Both the position numbers and the translations under genes were made by a program. Below the pieces are notes generated by a model. That model worked only from the letters and a program-made list of their open reading frames with translations, was not told the origin of the DNA and did not search any database. From a virus (taxonomy: Duplodnaviria > Caudoviricetes), in the IMG/VR virus record IMGVR_UViG_3300037160_000023, positions 1-51,934 of that record: a stretch of 51,934 nucleotides of DNA; one strand, 5' to 3'. Below are positions 27,526-37,141 of the stretch, piece after piece (position 1 is the stretch's first letter; the number at the start of each line of letters is the position of its first letter).

Positions 27526-28191
27526 CTACTTGCCCTTCTTTTGCTGTGCTGCGTTGTAGTGGCTTTCCAGCGCCTTGGCGCGGAAGCTTTTCTTTTGATC
27601 TTCGGATGCGTTCGAAGACAAAAACTTGTTCATCGATCGCGTGATTTCCTTTTGCACGTCGGCGGGTGCGTCCGACATTTTGGCCCACGGGCCGGTTGAT
27701 CGGGTGTTGCGAGCACGTACGCCTGCGTCGCCTTCGCTAGGGCCGTCCGTACGGCGTGGTTTCTTATCGGCTGCGGGTTTCTTCTCTCCGTCGCCTTCCT
27801 CGCCGTCACCTTCGCCTTCCTCGCCGTCACCTTCGCCGGGTTCGTCCTGCGTGCGGCCGGCAGGCTTGAATTCTTCGTCAACCGCTTTCACCAACGCGGC
27901 AGCGAATGCTACGGCGTCGGGGAATTTCTTGGGGTCCATGTCGCGGCCCAAAGCCAGCACACGGCCGGATTTCTTCGGGTCCACGCCGAACCAATCCAGT
28001 TTGTTCAGCTCTGCACGGATTTCAGCATCGCCGTACGCCGGGGCCTTGGGCGCGGTGGACACCGCCAACTTGGCGATATCATCGGCGATCTTGGTTGCTG
28101 CAGCCGTATCGCCAGCGGTCACGGCTGCGTCAAGTTGCGTCTGCAGGCCCGTGCGGGCGTGTTCACGCAGCATTGTGTTCAGATCAGACAT
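27526..28191 (-). CDS. putative capsid scaffolding protein
   Basis: Helical, DWFG motif, acidic linker; position after portal and GroES. Confidence 0.6.
   Translation of the reverse strand: MSDLNTMLREHARTGLQTQLDAAVTAGDTAAATKIADDIAKLAVSTAPKAPAYGDAEIRAELNKLDWFGVDPKKSGRVLALGRDMDPKKFPDAVAFAAALVKAVDEEFKPAGRTQDEPGEGDGEEGEGDGEEGDGEKKPAADKKPRRTDGPSEGDAGVRARNTRSTGPWAKMSDAPADVQKEITRSMNKFLSSNASEDQKKSFRAKALESHYNAAQQKKGK
27791..27837. repeat. 21-nt tandem repeat (GEGDGEE) in the scaffold gene
   Basis: TCGCCTTCCTCGCCGTCACCT x2 plus a partial copy. Confidence 0.8.
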
Positions 28192-28195
28192 GGGG

Positions 28196-28732
28196 TTACT
28201 GCCCTTCGAACATTGGCGCTACCTTGCGCCGGGCGTCAAATTTGAAATCGTCTGTAGGTACGTGTTTGTTCGGCATCGGAATGCCGGCAGCTTCCGCCGT
28301 TCGTTTCAGCAACGTTTCGGCCTCTTCTTCGCTCCATAGCAGTGTCGTCGGGTCTGGCATCTTGTCGGCTGGCGCGAGCCCTAGCACGTCGCTATAGCTT
28401 GAAACGTAGCGCCAGCCAGTGCTCTGCGTGAGTTTGCCGCCGTGCATTTGCGTGCCGGCATACGGGCGAATGACGACCCAATCGCCGATTTCCGCCGGCT
28501 GGCGTTTTAAGCCCTCACCGTCTTTGTAGGTGAATGCCATCGGCCCCATGGCTACGATGCGCCCCATGGCTACGTTATGGCTTGCCATCTGGCGGAACTG
28601 TTCGGGGATGATAAACTTTCCGGCAGTTCCCATGACGATCGGCGGGGCTGGGACACGGATAATGACCATATCCCGGCACGGCTGTACGAACTCGTGCGGG
28701 ATTTCGAAGTCGTGAACGCCGATGTTGCTCAT
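28196..28732 (-). CDS. GroES-like co-chaperonin
   Basis: QPCRDMVIIR...GKFIIP...GRIVAMGP...IGDWVVIRPYAGT. Confidence 0.75.
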   Translation of the reverse strand: MSNIGVHDFEIPHEFVQPCRDMVIIRVPAPPIVMGTAGKFIIPEQFRQMASHNVAMGRIVAMGPMAFTYKDGEGLKRQPAEIGDWVVIRPYAGTQMHGGKLTQSTGWRYVSSYSDVLGLAPADKMPDPTTLLWSEEEAETLLKRTAEAAGIPMPNKHVPTDDFKFDARRKVAPMFEGQ

Positions 28733-28968
28733 AGCTTTTTGGTTTCCTTTAATGCGTTGTCGAAAACTTTTTTAACTTCCTCGTTTGGTGACGTTAAGAG
28801 CTGGTGCAGCTCATACAGCGCCGCCGCTCTCCCCTGCGCCACCGGGTCCACCGGCTGCCCCTGCAGGAACGACGTCACCGGCCCCGCCCGGCGCAGGCGA
28901 AGGTGCGCCACTAGTGCCGCCGTTACCGGGTGATTGAGCCAATCCGTTATCTCCGCTTCCCGCATCAT
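28729..28968 (-). CDS. small conserved protein downstream of portal
   Basis: EITDWLNHPVT motif; overlaps the portal C-terminal tail. Confidence 0.6.
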   Translation of the reverse strand: MMREAEITDWLNHPVTAALVAHLRLRRAGPVTSFLQGQPVDPVAQGRAAALYELHQLLTSPNEEVKKVFDNALKETKKL

Positions 28969-30751
28969 TGGATTGGTCCATTAGCTGTTTAACGGTTTGT
29001 TCAAGCTGTGCCATGGTAAGCAGCGCAGCGCGGTTGTTCTGCATGCCGCCTGCAGCGGTCACCATGTTTAGCAGCGCTTGCGTCAACTGTACAGCGGAAC
29101 CGGCCGTAACCTTCATACGATCGGTCTTCGCCTTTTCCATATCAATGTACCCCTTGATCTTCTCAAAGGGCGTTGCCTGCGGTGTTTGGGGCGCGGCTAT
29201 CAATTCTTCGGCGTTCGGTATACGCAGCACGTTAAGCAACCGCATGCCAACCTTCGCGGGGTTGAATACCATGGGGGCGTCTAACAGCTCTTTGTAAATG
29301 CCGGCCATCGCCGTACGCTGCATTTCGGTGGCAAGTTGCGGGTCTGCCGTGACAGCGATCATGTCGCCTTGCGCACCCATCATGCCTTCGGGCAGTTGGT
29401 CATACGCGTCAGCCATCGCAACGAAGTCCCGAAATTCCAGCGTCATGGACATAACAAGACGACGGTGCACGGCGGACTGAACTTGTTGATTGCTGTCTAT
29501 GATGCCCTTCGCCACCGTGGCGGTTGTTGATGCCGGAATGCCCTCCAAGACATTCACAGACCCGGCAAGCGAATTGCCCATGGCAACCAGTTTTTCGAAG
29601 ACTTGTACGGACCCCGGCGAAACCTGTTTTAACGGAAACGCTTGGAAACGATTTTGCAGCGGTGCGCCGTCCGTGTTGATCGCGGTGACAGTGTCGTTTT
29701 TCAATTCAACTTGCGAAGGCAGCCCGAAGCCACCGCCAGCCATCACGCCGGCATTCTTGGCTTCGCTCTTGGCTGTCTCTGTAATCGACCCTAGCAGGTT
29801 GTCTGCGCTGGACTGTACGCGGTCAAGCAACTCGCCGAAGCCCATCGGGAAGAAACCGCCATCCGGGTTTGGCAGCATGCGGTACGGAAAAAATCGACGG
29901 ATGGGGTTGAAGTACAGTTCGTCTTTGGTTTCCGTCATGGTCTTGCGTGACCAACGCGGACGGATGCGAACAACTTCCGCGATATCGTCAATCGAGATAA
30001 CGACGGTCCAAGGTTCGTCTATTTCGTCGCCGTCGAAGTCAAGCCACGCGTCAACCTCGTAAAACTTTTTCGGGGCCTGCGGGTCGTCCGTATCGTAAAT
30101 GGGTTCGTAATCAATCCACTTGCCGCGCTCTATGGAACGTTCGATTTCGTACGGATAGCGTTCGAATTGATGCGTAATGCGCGGGGCGCGTTCGCCGTTG
30201 CCGCGTACGTTGGCGTTGATAATGACTTCCTCGCAATTGAGAAAATTCGAATGGAATGTTTTATCTTCCATATCGAAGTCCCGTTTGCGCCACGACAAGC
30301 CGGTTATCGACATGTGAAAAATCAGCGGGTCCGTGTCCATCGCCCAGTTCGGGTCTTTCGAACGCAGTTGACTTGACACCCACCCGGCGAGTGGTTCGGC
30401 TCCAGGTTCGCTGGCTTTGGCTAGGTCGGGCTCGCCTAGCAGCGCGTCGGTTGCGCGGGCGGAAAACTGGATAGCAGCGGACAGCATCATTTCCGTGGAC
30501 GGGGGCGGTTGTTCGTTCGCGCCCTCTTGTTCGCGGTTCTGCGGCGAAGCGTCGGCGTCCTTGTTTTTGATTTGGTCAAGGTAGCCCCTAGCTTTCCCCA
30601 ACCACTCATTCATGCTGGTTTCGTCAACTTTAACCAGCGCAATAAGGTCTGTGGCGAGTGTACGGCGTTCGTTTACGTCCAGTTTTTCCGCGACGTTTCC
30701 GAAGTCTTCAGGGGCGGACAGCTTCAGTTCGATGACCGGTAATTCGCGCAT
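28811..30751 (-). CDS. portal protein
   Basis: ~646 aa from MRELPV; AAIQFSARA, DFDGDEIDEPWTV, FFPMGFG, TTATVA..I...QQVQSAVHRRL, VTADP. Confidence 0.9.
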   Translation of the reverse strand: MRELPVIELKLSAPEDFGNVAEKLDVNERRTLATDLIALVKVDETSMNEWLGKARGYLDQIKNKDADASPQNREQEGANEQPPPSTEMMLSAAIQFSARATDALLGEPDLAKASEPGAEPLAGWVSSQLRSKDPNWAMDTDPLIFHMSITGLSWRKRDFDMEDKTFHSNFLNCEEVIINANVRGNGERAPRITHQFERYPYEIERSIERGKWIDYEPIYDTDDPQAPKKFYEVDAWLDFDGDEIDEPWTVVISIDDIAEVVRIRPRWSRKTMTETKDELYFNPIRRFFPYRMLPNPDGGFFPMGFGELLDRVQSSADNLLGSITETAKSEAKNAGVMAGGGFGLPSQVELKNDTVTAINTDGAPLQNRFQAFPLKQVSPGSVQVFEKLVAMGNSLAGSVNVLEGIPASTTATVAKGIIDSNQQVQSAVHRRLVMSMTLEFRDFVAMADAYDQLPEGMMGAQGDMIAVTADPQLATEMQRTAMAGIYKELLDAPMVFNPAKVGMRLLNVLRIPNAEELIAAPQTPQATPFEKIKGYIDMEKAKTDRMKVTAGSAVQLTQALLNMVTAAGGMQNNRAALLTMAQLEQTVKQLMDQSNDAGSGDNGLAQSPGNGGTSGAPSPAPGGAGDVVPAGAAGGPGGAGESGGAV

Positions 30752-30758
30752 GGTGCCC

Positions 30759-30840
30759 CTTGTATGACATATATGTATGACAGTCAACGGCTTAAACATA
30801 CCACAGTTTGACGAAAGCAGGGCATGGTGGTAGTTTAAAC
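30759..30840. promoter_or_regulatory. divergent portal/MCP promoters with tandem TGTATGACA operators
   Basis: Minus: TTGACT(30787)-17-TACAAG containing operators 30761-30769 and 30774-30782. Plus: TTGACG(30808)-17-TAGTTT running into GTTTAAAC. Confidence 0.65.
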
Positions 30841-30889
30841 GCCATTCGCAGTCCACCGGCATGCGGCCGGAAACAAAGGGGTTACCAGC

Positions 30890-31822
30890 ATGCAGGTTAT
30901 TGACCGTTCGCTTCAGCCTTCGGCCTACTGGCCGGGTTTATATGCCCTTTTCGGCCTCGATTACGAGAGGCTCGCCCCGATCTACCCGCAGTTCTTCGAC
31001 ACCAAGCCATCGGAAAAAGCTTTCGAAGAATTCATGACCGAACGCGCCGGCCTCGGCCTTGCCGTGCAGCAACCCGAACTTGAACCGGTCCAGTTCGACG
31101 TTCCGAATGAAGGCTACCGTACGCAGGTTACTCACGCTTCGTACGGTCTGGCGGTCGCCATTTCCCGCGAAGCCAAGGACGACAACCTGTACGAAGACGT
31201 CGGCGGCCGGATGATGAAGGAACTCGCGCACAGCGCCCGGCAGACCGAAGAATACATCGCGCATGCGCCGCTTCAGGTGGCAACCGACGCCGTCAACGGC
31301 CTGCGTGCGGACGGCGTGCCGCTGATTTCGCCGAACCACCCCACCGCGTCCGGCGTGCAGAGCAATCAGCTCGTTTCGGCCAACGTGTCCGAACTGGCAT
31401 TCGAAAACGCAGTTATCCAGATCGCGTACACCCGCAACGGTCGCGGGTTCATCATCAACGAGCTGCCGAAGCGCGTTATTCTGTCACCGGAAAGCGGCCC
31501 GGAAACCCGGCGTATTCTTGGTTCGCCGTTGCAGTGGAATGCGCAGACCAACAATATCAACGTGCTGCGTTCAACCGGCGCGCTGCCCGAAGTGGTCGAA
31601 ACGCCCTACTTGGTGGACAAGGACAATTACTTCATTCAGACGACTGAACAAGACAAGGACAACGGGCAGGGCTTCACGTTTTGGGAGCGCTCCAGCGTGG
31701 AAATGCGCGAAGACAGCAATTGGAGCAACCAAGCTTCGTTGATGGCCCTTTGGTTCCGCGTGTCGGCGTCGATTGTGGATTTTCGTGTCGTGTACGGTTC
31801 GCCCGGAGCGGACGGCATCTAG
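30890..31822 (+). CDS. major capsid protein
   Basis: WPGLYALFGLDY, SEKAFEE, ISREAKDDNLY, ADGVPLISPNHP, YGSPGA; strong codon bias. Confidence 0.92.
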   Translation: MQVIDRSLQPSAYWPGLYALFGLDYERLAPIYPQFFDTKPSEKAFEEFMTERAGLGLAVQQPELEPVQFDVPNEGYRTQVTHASYGLAVAISREAKDDNLYEDVGGRMMKELAHSARQTEEYIAHAPLQVATDAVNGLRADGVPLISPNHPTASGVQSNQLVSANVSELAFENAVIQIAYTRNGRGFIINELPKRVILSPESGPETRRILGSPLQWNAQTNNINVLRSTGALPEVVETPYLVDKDNYFIQTTEQDKDNGQGFTFWERSSVEMREDSNWSNQASLMALWFRVSASIVDFRVVYGSPGADGI

Positions 31823-31884
31823 CCAAGCCATCGGCAGTCTGCTATAGGTCGGTTGCCCCGTTTGGGCGTTTCCTCCCTGACTTG

Positions 31885-31916
31885 AAGGCCCCCGGTTTCA
31901 TTGCCGGGGGCCTTTC
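31885..31916 (+). terminator. intrinsic terminator after MCP
   Basis: AAGGCCCCCGG-loop-CCGGGGGCCTTT; near-identical to the 26147 hairpin. Confidence 0.7.
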
Positions 31917-31934
31917 CTTGTGCTATGGTGGCGC

Positions 31935-32552
31935 ATGACCGGTTACAGCCGAACCGCCAGGCCAAAATTTGCCACTGCCGAACTGTGGGGCGCATGCAGC
32001 CGATGCAACGCGCGTGTGCGCTACAGTACGCTTGCGCGAGAACGGTTGACCGGTTTGCTTGTGTGTACGAAAGCCAGCGGACGGGCCGTTAGCCCATGTT
32101 GGGACCCGTGGCCCGCGTTTTACGATTTTCAAGCCTTCCCCGACAACTCAATCAATCCACCGCCTGAACCGCTGCCGCTTCGCTACAACCTAGATGACAT
32201 TTGGGGTAACGGTCCCGCACGCGGCACTACGAAAGTTTTTGCGAACGCGCCGACACCAGCGCCGGACGACGCTACGCGGCTAAACAATTTGCTTACGTCG
32301 GTGCCGTACTATGCCGTGCTAGGGCAGTCTGCGGCGTTTCCGGTGCCGAATGCGCGGCTGAAAGACAAGGTGTACAATTTAACCACGATTGTACCTGCCA
32401 ACTATGACGGAACATTCGTGCCTTCCAATTCCGTGCGCACGGTAACACCGCCCGACGAAGCCGCAGAGCTGAATGCAGTGCCGCGTACGGATAAGGACGA
32501 ACCACAAGACGCGATCGTATCGCCGCCGTGGGCAACAGTGAAAGGCGTTTAA
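31935..32552 (+). CDS. hypothetical protein with N-terminal Cys motif
   Basis: CSRC...GLLVC...CWD. Confidence 0.65.
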   Translation: MTGYSRTARPKFATAELWGACSRCNARVRYSTLARERLTGLLVCTKASGRAVSPCWDPWPAFYDFQAFPDNSINPPPEPLPLRYNLDDIWGNGPARGTTKVFANAPTPAPDDATRLNNLLTSVPYYAVLGQSAAFPVPNARLKDKVYNLTTIVPANYDGTFVPSNSVRTVTPPDEAAELNAVPRTDKDEPQDAIVSPPWATVKGV

Positions 32553-32554
32553 AC

Positions 32555-33241
32555 GTGCCAGCAACCGCCGCCCAAATCATAACCGAAGCGTTGCATTTGT
32601 TTGGCATCGTGGACCAAACCGAAGACCCAACTCCTACCGATATTGCGAACAACGTTTCTGTGTTGAACAACCTCTTGCGCGCCGAAATGGCGGACGGAGC
32701 TTGCCAGTACATAATCAAGCGCGTGAATGCGTCACTGCCCCAAGGCGTCAACGGGCAGGTTTACAGCTTCAGCATCGGCACGGCGGAAAGCTCCTATCTG
32801 GTGCAACAAGACGCAGTAGCCGTACGACAAATCTGGTGCAATGACGTCAACATAACGGTTAATCGTACTACGCGCATGGCACCGATGAACGACGTAGTAC
32901 GTACGACGTACCCGGGCATAATCACGAAGTGGCATCAAGAGCGGCAATCGGATAATTCGGTATTGGTAACCGCGTGGGCACCGCCGCGCGCCATTACTCC
33001 GGTGTTGATCGAATACGGCGGGCGACTGCCGTTGATTTCCGCAGCGGACGGCAGCGACGTTGTGGCGCTGCCGGCTGAAGGCATCCACGATGCGACCTTG
33101 CTGCTAGGTCGCCGTGTGTACAAGTCGTACGGTGTTGTGCCCGGCCCCACCGATGTTATTTTTCAAGACGCGCAACGCGTGAATGATCGTTGGCGTGATT
33201 GGGCCAGAGGAATGCAATGGTTGCAGTTCGTACGGAGCTGA
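32555..33241 (+). CDS. head-tail adaptor (P22 gp4-like)
   Basis: ATAAQIITEALHLFGIV...LNNLL; position between MCP and the gp10-like gene. Confidence 0.7.
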   Translation: MPATAAQIITEALHLFGIVDQTEDPTPTDIANNVSVLNNLLRAEMADGACQYIIKRVNASLPQGVNGQVYSFSIGTAESSYLVQQDAVAVRQIWCNDVNITVNRTTRMAPMNDVVRTTYPGIITKWHQERQSDNSVLVTAWAPPRAITPVLIEYGGRLPLISAADGSDVVALPAEGIHDATLLLGRRVYKSYGVVPGPTDVIFQDAQRVNDRWRDWARGMQWLQFVRS

Positions 33242-33242
33242 C

Positions 33243-33431
33243 ATGGGCGTTATTGAACTATCCGAGCACCGGCAACCAGTGTGCTACACCGTTCACTTGC
33301 GGCATCACTGGAACGGTGCGTTAGAGATTTTTGTCGAAGATGTGGCCGATGATGTGCGGTCCCGGATTGCGGTAGCAGACGCTCTTATTCTGGCGTCTGA
33401 AATGCTAAGGATGCCGAATGCCGCTACTTGA
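33243..33431 (+). CDS. small hypothetical protein
   Basis: GGAG RBS, 62 aa. Confidence 0.5.
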   Translation: MGVIELSEHRQPVCYTVHLRHHWNGALEIFVEDVADDVRSRIAVADALILASEMLRMPNAAT

Positions 33432-34884
33432 CGTACTAGGGTCATTCAAAGACCCGCTGAACTTGGATCAGGGCGCAGGCAAGCTCGTTAACGTACGAGT
33501 GGTTCCGCGTGAAATGAAAGAGGGCAAAGTAGCCAAGGTACGTTTCATCGGCGCACCCGGGTTGACGCGAGTTTGCAAGCCGACAGCCGCGCCGTGCATC
33601 GCAATGTGCCACGCACAGAGAACCATCTGGACGGGGCACGCGGATGGCTCAATATGGTCTGGCGTAGAAACCGGCGCACCGATAGCGCAAGGATTTGTAG
33701 CCGTAGACCCGACACAGCCTGTTATCCGTTTTGCTGAAGACCGTACAGCGCTTTGCATTGCGACAAACAAGAACGCAATAACGCCGGGAGGGACCGGATA
33801 CACCGCTACGCTATCGGCTGGTGTCGTTAACGCGGGGCTTGATGCGTCGATTAATTTTGATCCGTCTACTGTTGCTGAACTCAATAACTTTACAGTTTGG
33901 TCCGCAGCTTCCAACTACTATGCGCAACAAGATGCCAAGATGTACAGTTCGCAGGCGCTTCAACCTGCTAACGTGCTTCCAAACAGCTTTGCAACGAAAG
34001 AAGCTCGCGCCGATAAAGTTGTGGACTTGGCGATATCGGGCCTTGTTATGTGGCCCTTAGGTTCGCGCTCGCTGGAGCAGTGGTACGCACCAGGCGGACA
34101 GACTGACTTCGCTTTCGTCGCGTACCCCAACTCGCTCTATTCTGTAGGTCTTGCTGCCCGTCTGTCACTTGCCGTGCTTCGTGACATTATCATGTTCGTC
34201 GCCACCGACCGCCGCATATGGCTTTGCAAAGGACAGAGCGGACAACCGGTATCCCCGGCGTGGGTGGATTTGCTTTTACAGCAACTCACGGCCGCACAAC
34301 TGGCTTTGCTTACAGGCTATGCGTACGGACAAGGCGGTTCGGATTTCTACGTATTAACGATGCCTGATTTGTGGACGATTGAGCTGGCAGGTTCTACTGG
34401 TGTGTGGTCTTACCGCCAGTCTCCGGGCGGGCGTCTTGACCACGCCGGCCGCTGTGCGACGGAAGACAATGGCGGGGTGACGTACGTTGGTTTAGATACC
34501 GGCGAGATTTGTTACGTAAATCTAAGCGACAGCACCGAACCGGCTGGCACGCTTTCACGCGAGATTACAACACCGTGGGTTGGCAGCCAAGAAACGCGCC
34601 AAATATTCAGCTCGCTTGACGTTACTTCGTCCATGGGACCGCAAGCCGGTGACTTCGAACTTGACTGGAGCGACACAACCGACGTGACAGTTAACGGTGT
34701 GCTTGTAAATGCCCGTACGTGGCGCGGCTTGCGAACCATCCAAATGCCGGTGCCCGGGGCACGTCGCGCAATTGCTCGCGAGTTTGGCAGCGGCCGGCGT
34801 CGCCAGTTTCGACTTCGGTACGGCGGAACGCAAGCACCGTTTACGATTGACGAATTATTCGCGAACGTCATGCCGGGAAGCTAG
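33418..34884 (+). CDS. tail hub/packaged DNA stabilisation protein (P22 gp10-like)
   Basis: PGL, FATKEARAD, GSRSLEQW, AYGQGGSDFYVLT, FGSGRRRQFRL. Confidence 0.85.
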   Translation: MPLLDVLGSFKDPLNLDQGAGKLVNVRVVPREMKEGKVAKVRFIGAPGLTRVCKPTAAPCIAMCHAQRTIWTGHADGSIWSGVETGAPIAQGFVAVDPTQPVIRFAEDRTALCIATNKNAITPGGTGYTATLSAGVVNAGLDASINFDPSTVAELNNFTVWSAASNYYAQQDAKMYSSQALQPANVLPNSFATKEARADKVVDLAISGLVMWPLGSRSLEQWYAPGGQTDFAFVAYPNSLYSVGLAARLSLAVLRDIIMFVATDRRIWLCKGQSGQPVSPAWVDLLLQQLTAAQLALLTGYAYGQGGSDFYVLTMPDLWTIELAGSTGVWSYRQSPGGRLDHAGRCATEDNGGVTYVGLDTGEICYVNLSDSTEPAGTLSREITTPWVGSQETRQIFSSLDVTSSMGPQAGDFELDWSDTTDVTVNGVLVNARTWRGLRTIQMPVPGARRAIAREFGSGRRRQFRLRYGGTQAPFTIDELFANVMPGS

Positions 34885-35054
34885 TGTTCCATCTTCAGCA
34901 AGCTTAGTTCTGTGTTTGCTTCGTCGGGCAGGTAGCCCATTATGAACAAGCTGCGAAGGTACGTGCTGTCTGTTATTTCTTTCTTGCGCCAGTGTTGATC
35001 CATGCGAAGTTTCTGCATATCAACATTGTGTCTGCGTTCCGGGTCAGTAGACAT
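34881..35054 (-). CDS. small hypothetical protein
   Basis: Hand-translated MSTDPERRHNVDMQKLRMDQHWRKK...; GGAG RBS. Confidence 0.5.
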   Translation of the reverse strand: MSTDPERRHNVDMQKLRMDQHWRKKEITDSTYLRSLFIMGYLPDEANTELSLLKMEH

Positions 35055-35058
35055 GGTG

Positions 35059-35247
35059 TCAGCTCCAAAGACGGTGAATTACTTCAATCCACATGGCAGC
35101 GGCCAGTCCAAAAAATAGCGGCCAACACGCTAAAAACAAAAGCGGGAAAATTTTTGAAGGTGCGTCTTTCCATGCGAATACAGTAACCGCTACGATAGCA
35201 ACAGAACCGATGGTGTAGAGCCACGCTAATGATAGAGACGTTCCCAT
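35059..35247 (-). CDS. small 2-TM membrane protein
   Basis: GGAGG RBS; own promoter TTGACT(35295)-17-TACGTA. Confidence 0.6.
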   Translation of the reverse strand: MGTSLSLAWLYTIGSVAIVAVTVFAWKDAPSKIFPLLFLACWPLFFGLAAAMWIEVIHRLWS

Positions 35248-35296
35248 GTTAAATCCTCCGTACGTGTACGTACACTGAAACTGTGGACAAGTCAAG

Positions 35297-35734
35297 ATGG
35301 CATTAAAAATCCCACCCCCGCCGCAGCTCACTGGCCCGGAGTGGCAATCTTTTAACCGTTGGTTGCTAGAAGTTACTTCCATCTTGACCAATCAAGGCGG
35401 CATTGATCCGTCTGAAGTTGCCGGGCTGCCGGAACTCATTGTCCAAGTAGGAACCAACACCACGGACATTACCGCGCTGGAGAGCGGGCAGGGCGGGCAA
35501 GCTGCAGATATTTTAACTCTGCAAGGCGATACGGTCATACTTTTTGACAACATCGCAACGATCAATGGGCAACTGACTTCGTTGGGTGCACGGGCACAAG
35601 TTTACCACGGCGTTGCAGACCCCGCACCGGGATTTGGCGATGTGGATGACTGGTTTGCAAATACAGCCGGCGCTGCAGGCCATCGCATTTTCGTAAAGAC
35701 CGGCGCAGCTACGTGGACGGCATTTCCGTTCTAA
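35297..35734 (+). CDS. tail needle/plug-like coiled-coil protein
   Basis: IPPPP...WQSFNRWL N-terminus, NTTDITAL heptads; follows the gp10-like gene. Confidence 0.6.
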   Translation: MALKIPPPPQLTGPEWQSFNRWLLEVTSILTNQGGIDPSEVAGLPELIVQVGTNTTDITALESGQGGQAADILTLQGDTVILFDNIATINGQLTSLGARAQVYHGVADPAPGFGDVDDWFANTAGAAGHRIFVKTGAATWTAFPF

Positions 35735-36132
35735 GCGAATAGCGTTAGAGCGTTCACGACACCTTGGAATTCTTCAAGCGTACGGCAGACGAAGTACAGG
35801 CCCCCGGAGCGTTCCCAACGGAGCTGAAAGCGGATTTGGTCTTCGTCTTGGTCGCCTTCGTCATCCTTCAATTCGATCGCAGCTTTGCGGCCGTTGTCGG
35901 GGAAGGCGAGAAAGTCGGCAACGCCGGGCAGCACGCCTAGGCGCTTCAGCTTGACATGGTACTGAACCTTGGCCCGCCGTTCATTGGCTACGTGGAACAT
36001 AAGCAAGGCGGGGTGCGTGCTGCATTTCCATTGCCAGCACTTCATGTGTACTTCGTTTTCGGACGCACTACGGGGCTTCGCAGGGCGTTTGACGGCCCCC
36101 CTAGCGGGTTGCTTTTTTCGGGATGATACCAA
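35731..36132 (-). CDS. VRR-NUC family nuclease/resolvase (start uncertain)
   Basis: FHVANE...GVLPGVADF...IELK...Q..F. Confidence 0.85.
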   Translation of the reverse strand: MVSSRKKQPARGAVKRPAKPRSASENEVHMKCWQWKCSTHPALLMFHVANERRAKVQYHVKLKRLGVLPGVADFLAFPDNGRKAAIELKDDEGDQDEDQIRFQLRWERSGGLYFVCRTLEEFQGVVNALTLFA

Positions 36133-36307
36133 GGTCCACCATTCTTTTTTCCTGCCCCGGCAACCACCCCTCAATGGCGCTGCAGACGGCCGTGGACCGG
36201 TTCTTGACGCCTTCGGCATCGGTGTTGCGGACGGCGTAGTCTAGCCGGGTAGCCAGCGCCACGGGCAGGCGCACGGATATCATGATGCTTTTGCGTTCTG
36301 TAGCCAT
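36101..36307 (-). CDS. ribbon-helix-helix transcriptional regulator
   Basis: MISVRLPVALATRLD...NRSTAVCSAIEGWL. Confidence 0.75.
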   Translation of the reverse strand: MATERKSIMISVRLPVALATRLDYAVRNTDAEGVKNRSTAVCSAIEGWLPGQEKRMVDLGIIPKKATR

Positions 36308-36315
36308 CGGTGCTA

Positions 36316-36344
36316 CCCTTACCGTGAATTGTCATACAACGCAA
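36316..36344 (-). promoter_or_regulatory. RHH gene promoter with operator in the spacer
   Basis: TTGCGT-17-TAAGGG with TGTATGACA at 36330-36338. Confidence 0.55.
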
Positions 36345-36355
36345 GGGCTTAATCA

Positions 36356-36973
36356 ATGTCTGGATTTGGTGCCGGCCTTGGAACCGTTATCGGTAGCGGG
36401 CTGGCATCCAGCGCGCTGGACAGCGGACAAAGCGCCGTCAATACCAACGTCGGCAACTTCGAAAATCAGACAGGGCCATACAACAATTTTGGGCAGTCGT
36501 TCCTTCAACCGGCAACGCAGGCCATTGGCGGCGTACAGCAAGCCGCTGGACAGACGCAGGGTTACAACCAATTCATGCAGGGGTACACGAACACCCCGGC
36601 CGCGCAATATCAACTGCAGCAAGCGGACGCCGTACAGAACAATTCGGCCGCCGCGACAGGTGGCCTGCTTTCCGGTTCGAATGAACGCGCGCTCGGTACA
36701 ATCAATAACGGCATCGTAGCCGGCAACGCGAACACTGCGTACAACGAATACCTGCAGGGCAACAATCAACAGTTCGGGCAGCTTGAAAGCTCGCTTGGCA
36801 ATATGTTCAACGCGATCGGCGTTGGCACGACTGCAACCGGGCAGAATGCTGGCGTCGTCAACGGGCAAAATAGCGCCACGTCACAAATAGCGCAGGCGCA
36901 GGCTAAGAACGATCAATCAAAAGGTTCCGGTATCGGGTCCATGTTTAGCGGGTTGGCTAGTTTCAAATTCTAA
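36356..36973 (+). CDS. DNA ejection/pilot protein (P22 gp7-like)
   Basis: G/Q/N-rich; PAAQYQLQQ...NSAAATGGLLSG. Confidence 0.8.
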   Translation: MSGFGAGLGTVIGSGLASSALDSGQSAVNTNVGNFENQTGPYNNFGQSFLQPATQAIGGVQQAAGQTQGYNQFMQGYTNTPAAQYQLQQADAVQNNSAAATGGLLSGSNERALGTINNGIVAGNANTAYNEYLQGNNQQFGQLESSLGNMFNAIGVGTTATGQNAGVVNGQNSATSQIAQAQAKNDQSKGSGIGSMFSGLASFKF

Positions 36974-36985
36974 GAGGAAAATCAA

Positions 36986-37141
36986 ATGAGCATTGTTTTA
37001 ATCATCTTGGTAATCCTGCTTCTCGGCGGTTTTACCGGCATCGGCGGCGGCCCGTTCTACGGCACCGGTTACTACGGTGGTGGCGGTCTTGGCTTGATTG
37101 TCGTTGTGCTTGTGATCTTGCTACTTGTTGGACGGCTTTAA
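36986..37141 (+). CDS. DUF3309-family small membrane protein
   Basis: Hand-translated MSIVLIILVILLLGGFTGIGGGPFYGTGYYGGGGLGLIVVVLVILLLVGRL. Confidence 0.8.
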   Translation: MSIVLIILVILLLGGFTGIGGGPFYGTGYYGGGGLGLIVVVLVILLLVGRL

